From positions 20,894,001 to 20,958,000 of the forward strand of contig OZ336901.1 in NCBI GenBank assembly GCA_965287045.1: a stretch of 64,000 nt of DNA, in the 5' to 3' direction. Source of the stretch: Carcharhinus amblyrhynchos (lineage: Eukaryota). Shown piece after piece: positions 63,811 to 64,000 of this stretch; positions within the stretch are counted from its first letter, which is position 1, and each line of letters opens with the position of its first letter. The notes beneath the pieces were generated by a model. It was not told the DNA's origin. It did not search any database and saw only the letters and a program-made list of their open reading frames with translations. The position numbers and the translations under genes are program-made.

Positions 63811-64000
63811 TATTCACTGTAATTTTTTATGGGGAAAAAATTTTTTTCCTTGTTTCCTGCTGTAGTAGTTTTGAAAAAATTTTTTTTCCTTGTTTTTTCA
63901 AACAAACTCACCTGGCCTTTTTTCCTTCAAGCCCTTTTTGATATTAAGCCCTATTAGCTCACTCTGCTTCCCACTCACTCCGCTGCCCGCTCAGACGCTG

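Larger units (their letters stand above)
59833..64000 (-). mobile_element. Young, near full-length CR1-clade LINE, antisense in a MYO9A intron; 5' end probably at or beyond the window edge
   Basis: Two long ORFs, CpG-retaining G-rich sense strand, and a CR1 3' tail (...GGCCTACTCCTGCTCCTATTTCTTATG plus TTCTTATG-like repeats ending near 59833). Confidence 0.95.

Noticed and set aside
60075-63865. Plus-strand ORFs overlapping the CR1 (e.g. 62295-63008, 63214-63672)
   Set aside because: Antisense shadows of a G-rich coding strand with no recognisable domains.
1-64000. CRISPR array, operon or prokaryotic defence system
   Set aside because: The sequence is vertebrate intronic DNA; recurring motifs are dispersed SINE/LINE copies, not regularly spaced repeats.

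Overview
Eukaryotic DNA, not prokaryotic. It is AT-rich, repeat-dense vertebrate sequence, almost certainly from a shark or other elasmobranch, judged from HE1-type V-SINEs, Deu-domain SINEs and CR1/L2/Rex1/Penelope relics. The only host gene I can support is MYO9A (unconventional myosin-IXa, + strand). Its first coding exon (30889-31795, CDS from 30953) encodes the RA domain and the start of the motor up to the P-loop; the flanks look like two very large introns. The right end holds a young, near full-length antisense CR1 LINE (ORF1 zinc finger/leucine zipper/SGNH-like; ORF2 APE-RT), and two 5'-truncated siblings lie at about 19.4 kb and 56 kb. Most other ORFs in the track are SINE/LINE-derived or random. 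Leads in order of interest: (1) a U_UUA_AAC slippery heptamer plus G-tract at the CR1 ORF1/ORF2 junction, suggesting frameshift expression of ORF2, although this copy is one homopolymer indel out of register; (2) a 217-bp inverted copy of flanking DNA inserted into a SINE; (3) a dense uORF cluster overlapping the MYO9A start; (4) a catalytically degenerate ORF1 esterase; (5) decayed Penelope hammerhead ribozyme cores. Repeat boundaries were set by eye (roughly +/-20 bp), and family names come from motif recognition, not database searches.
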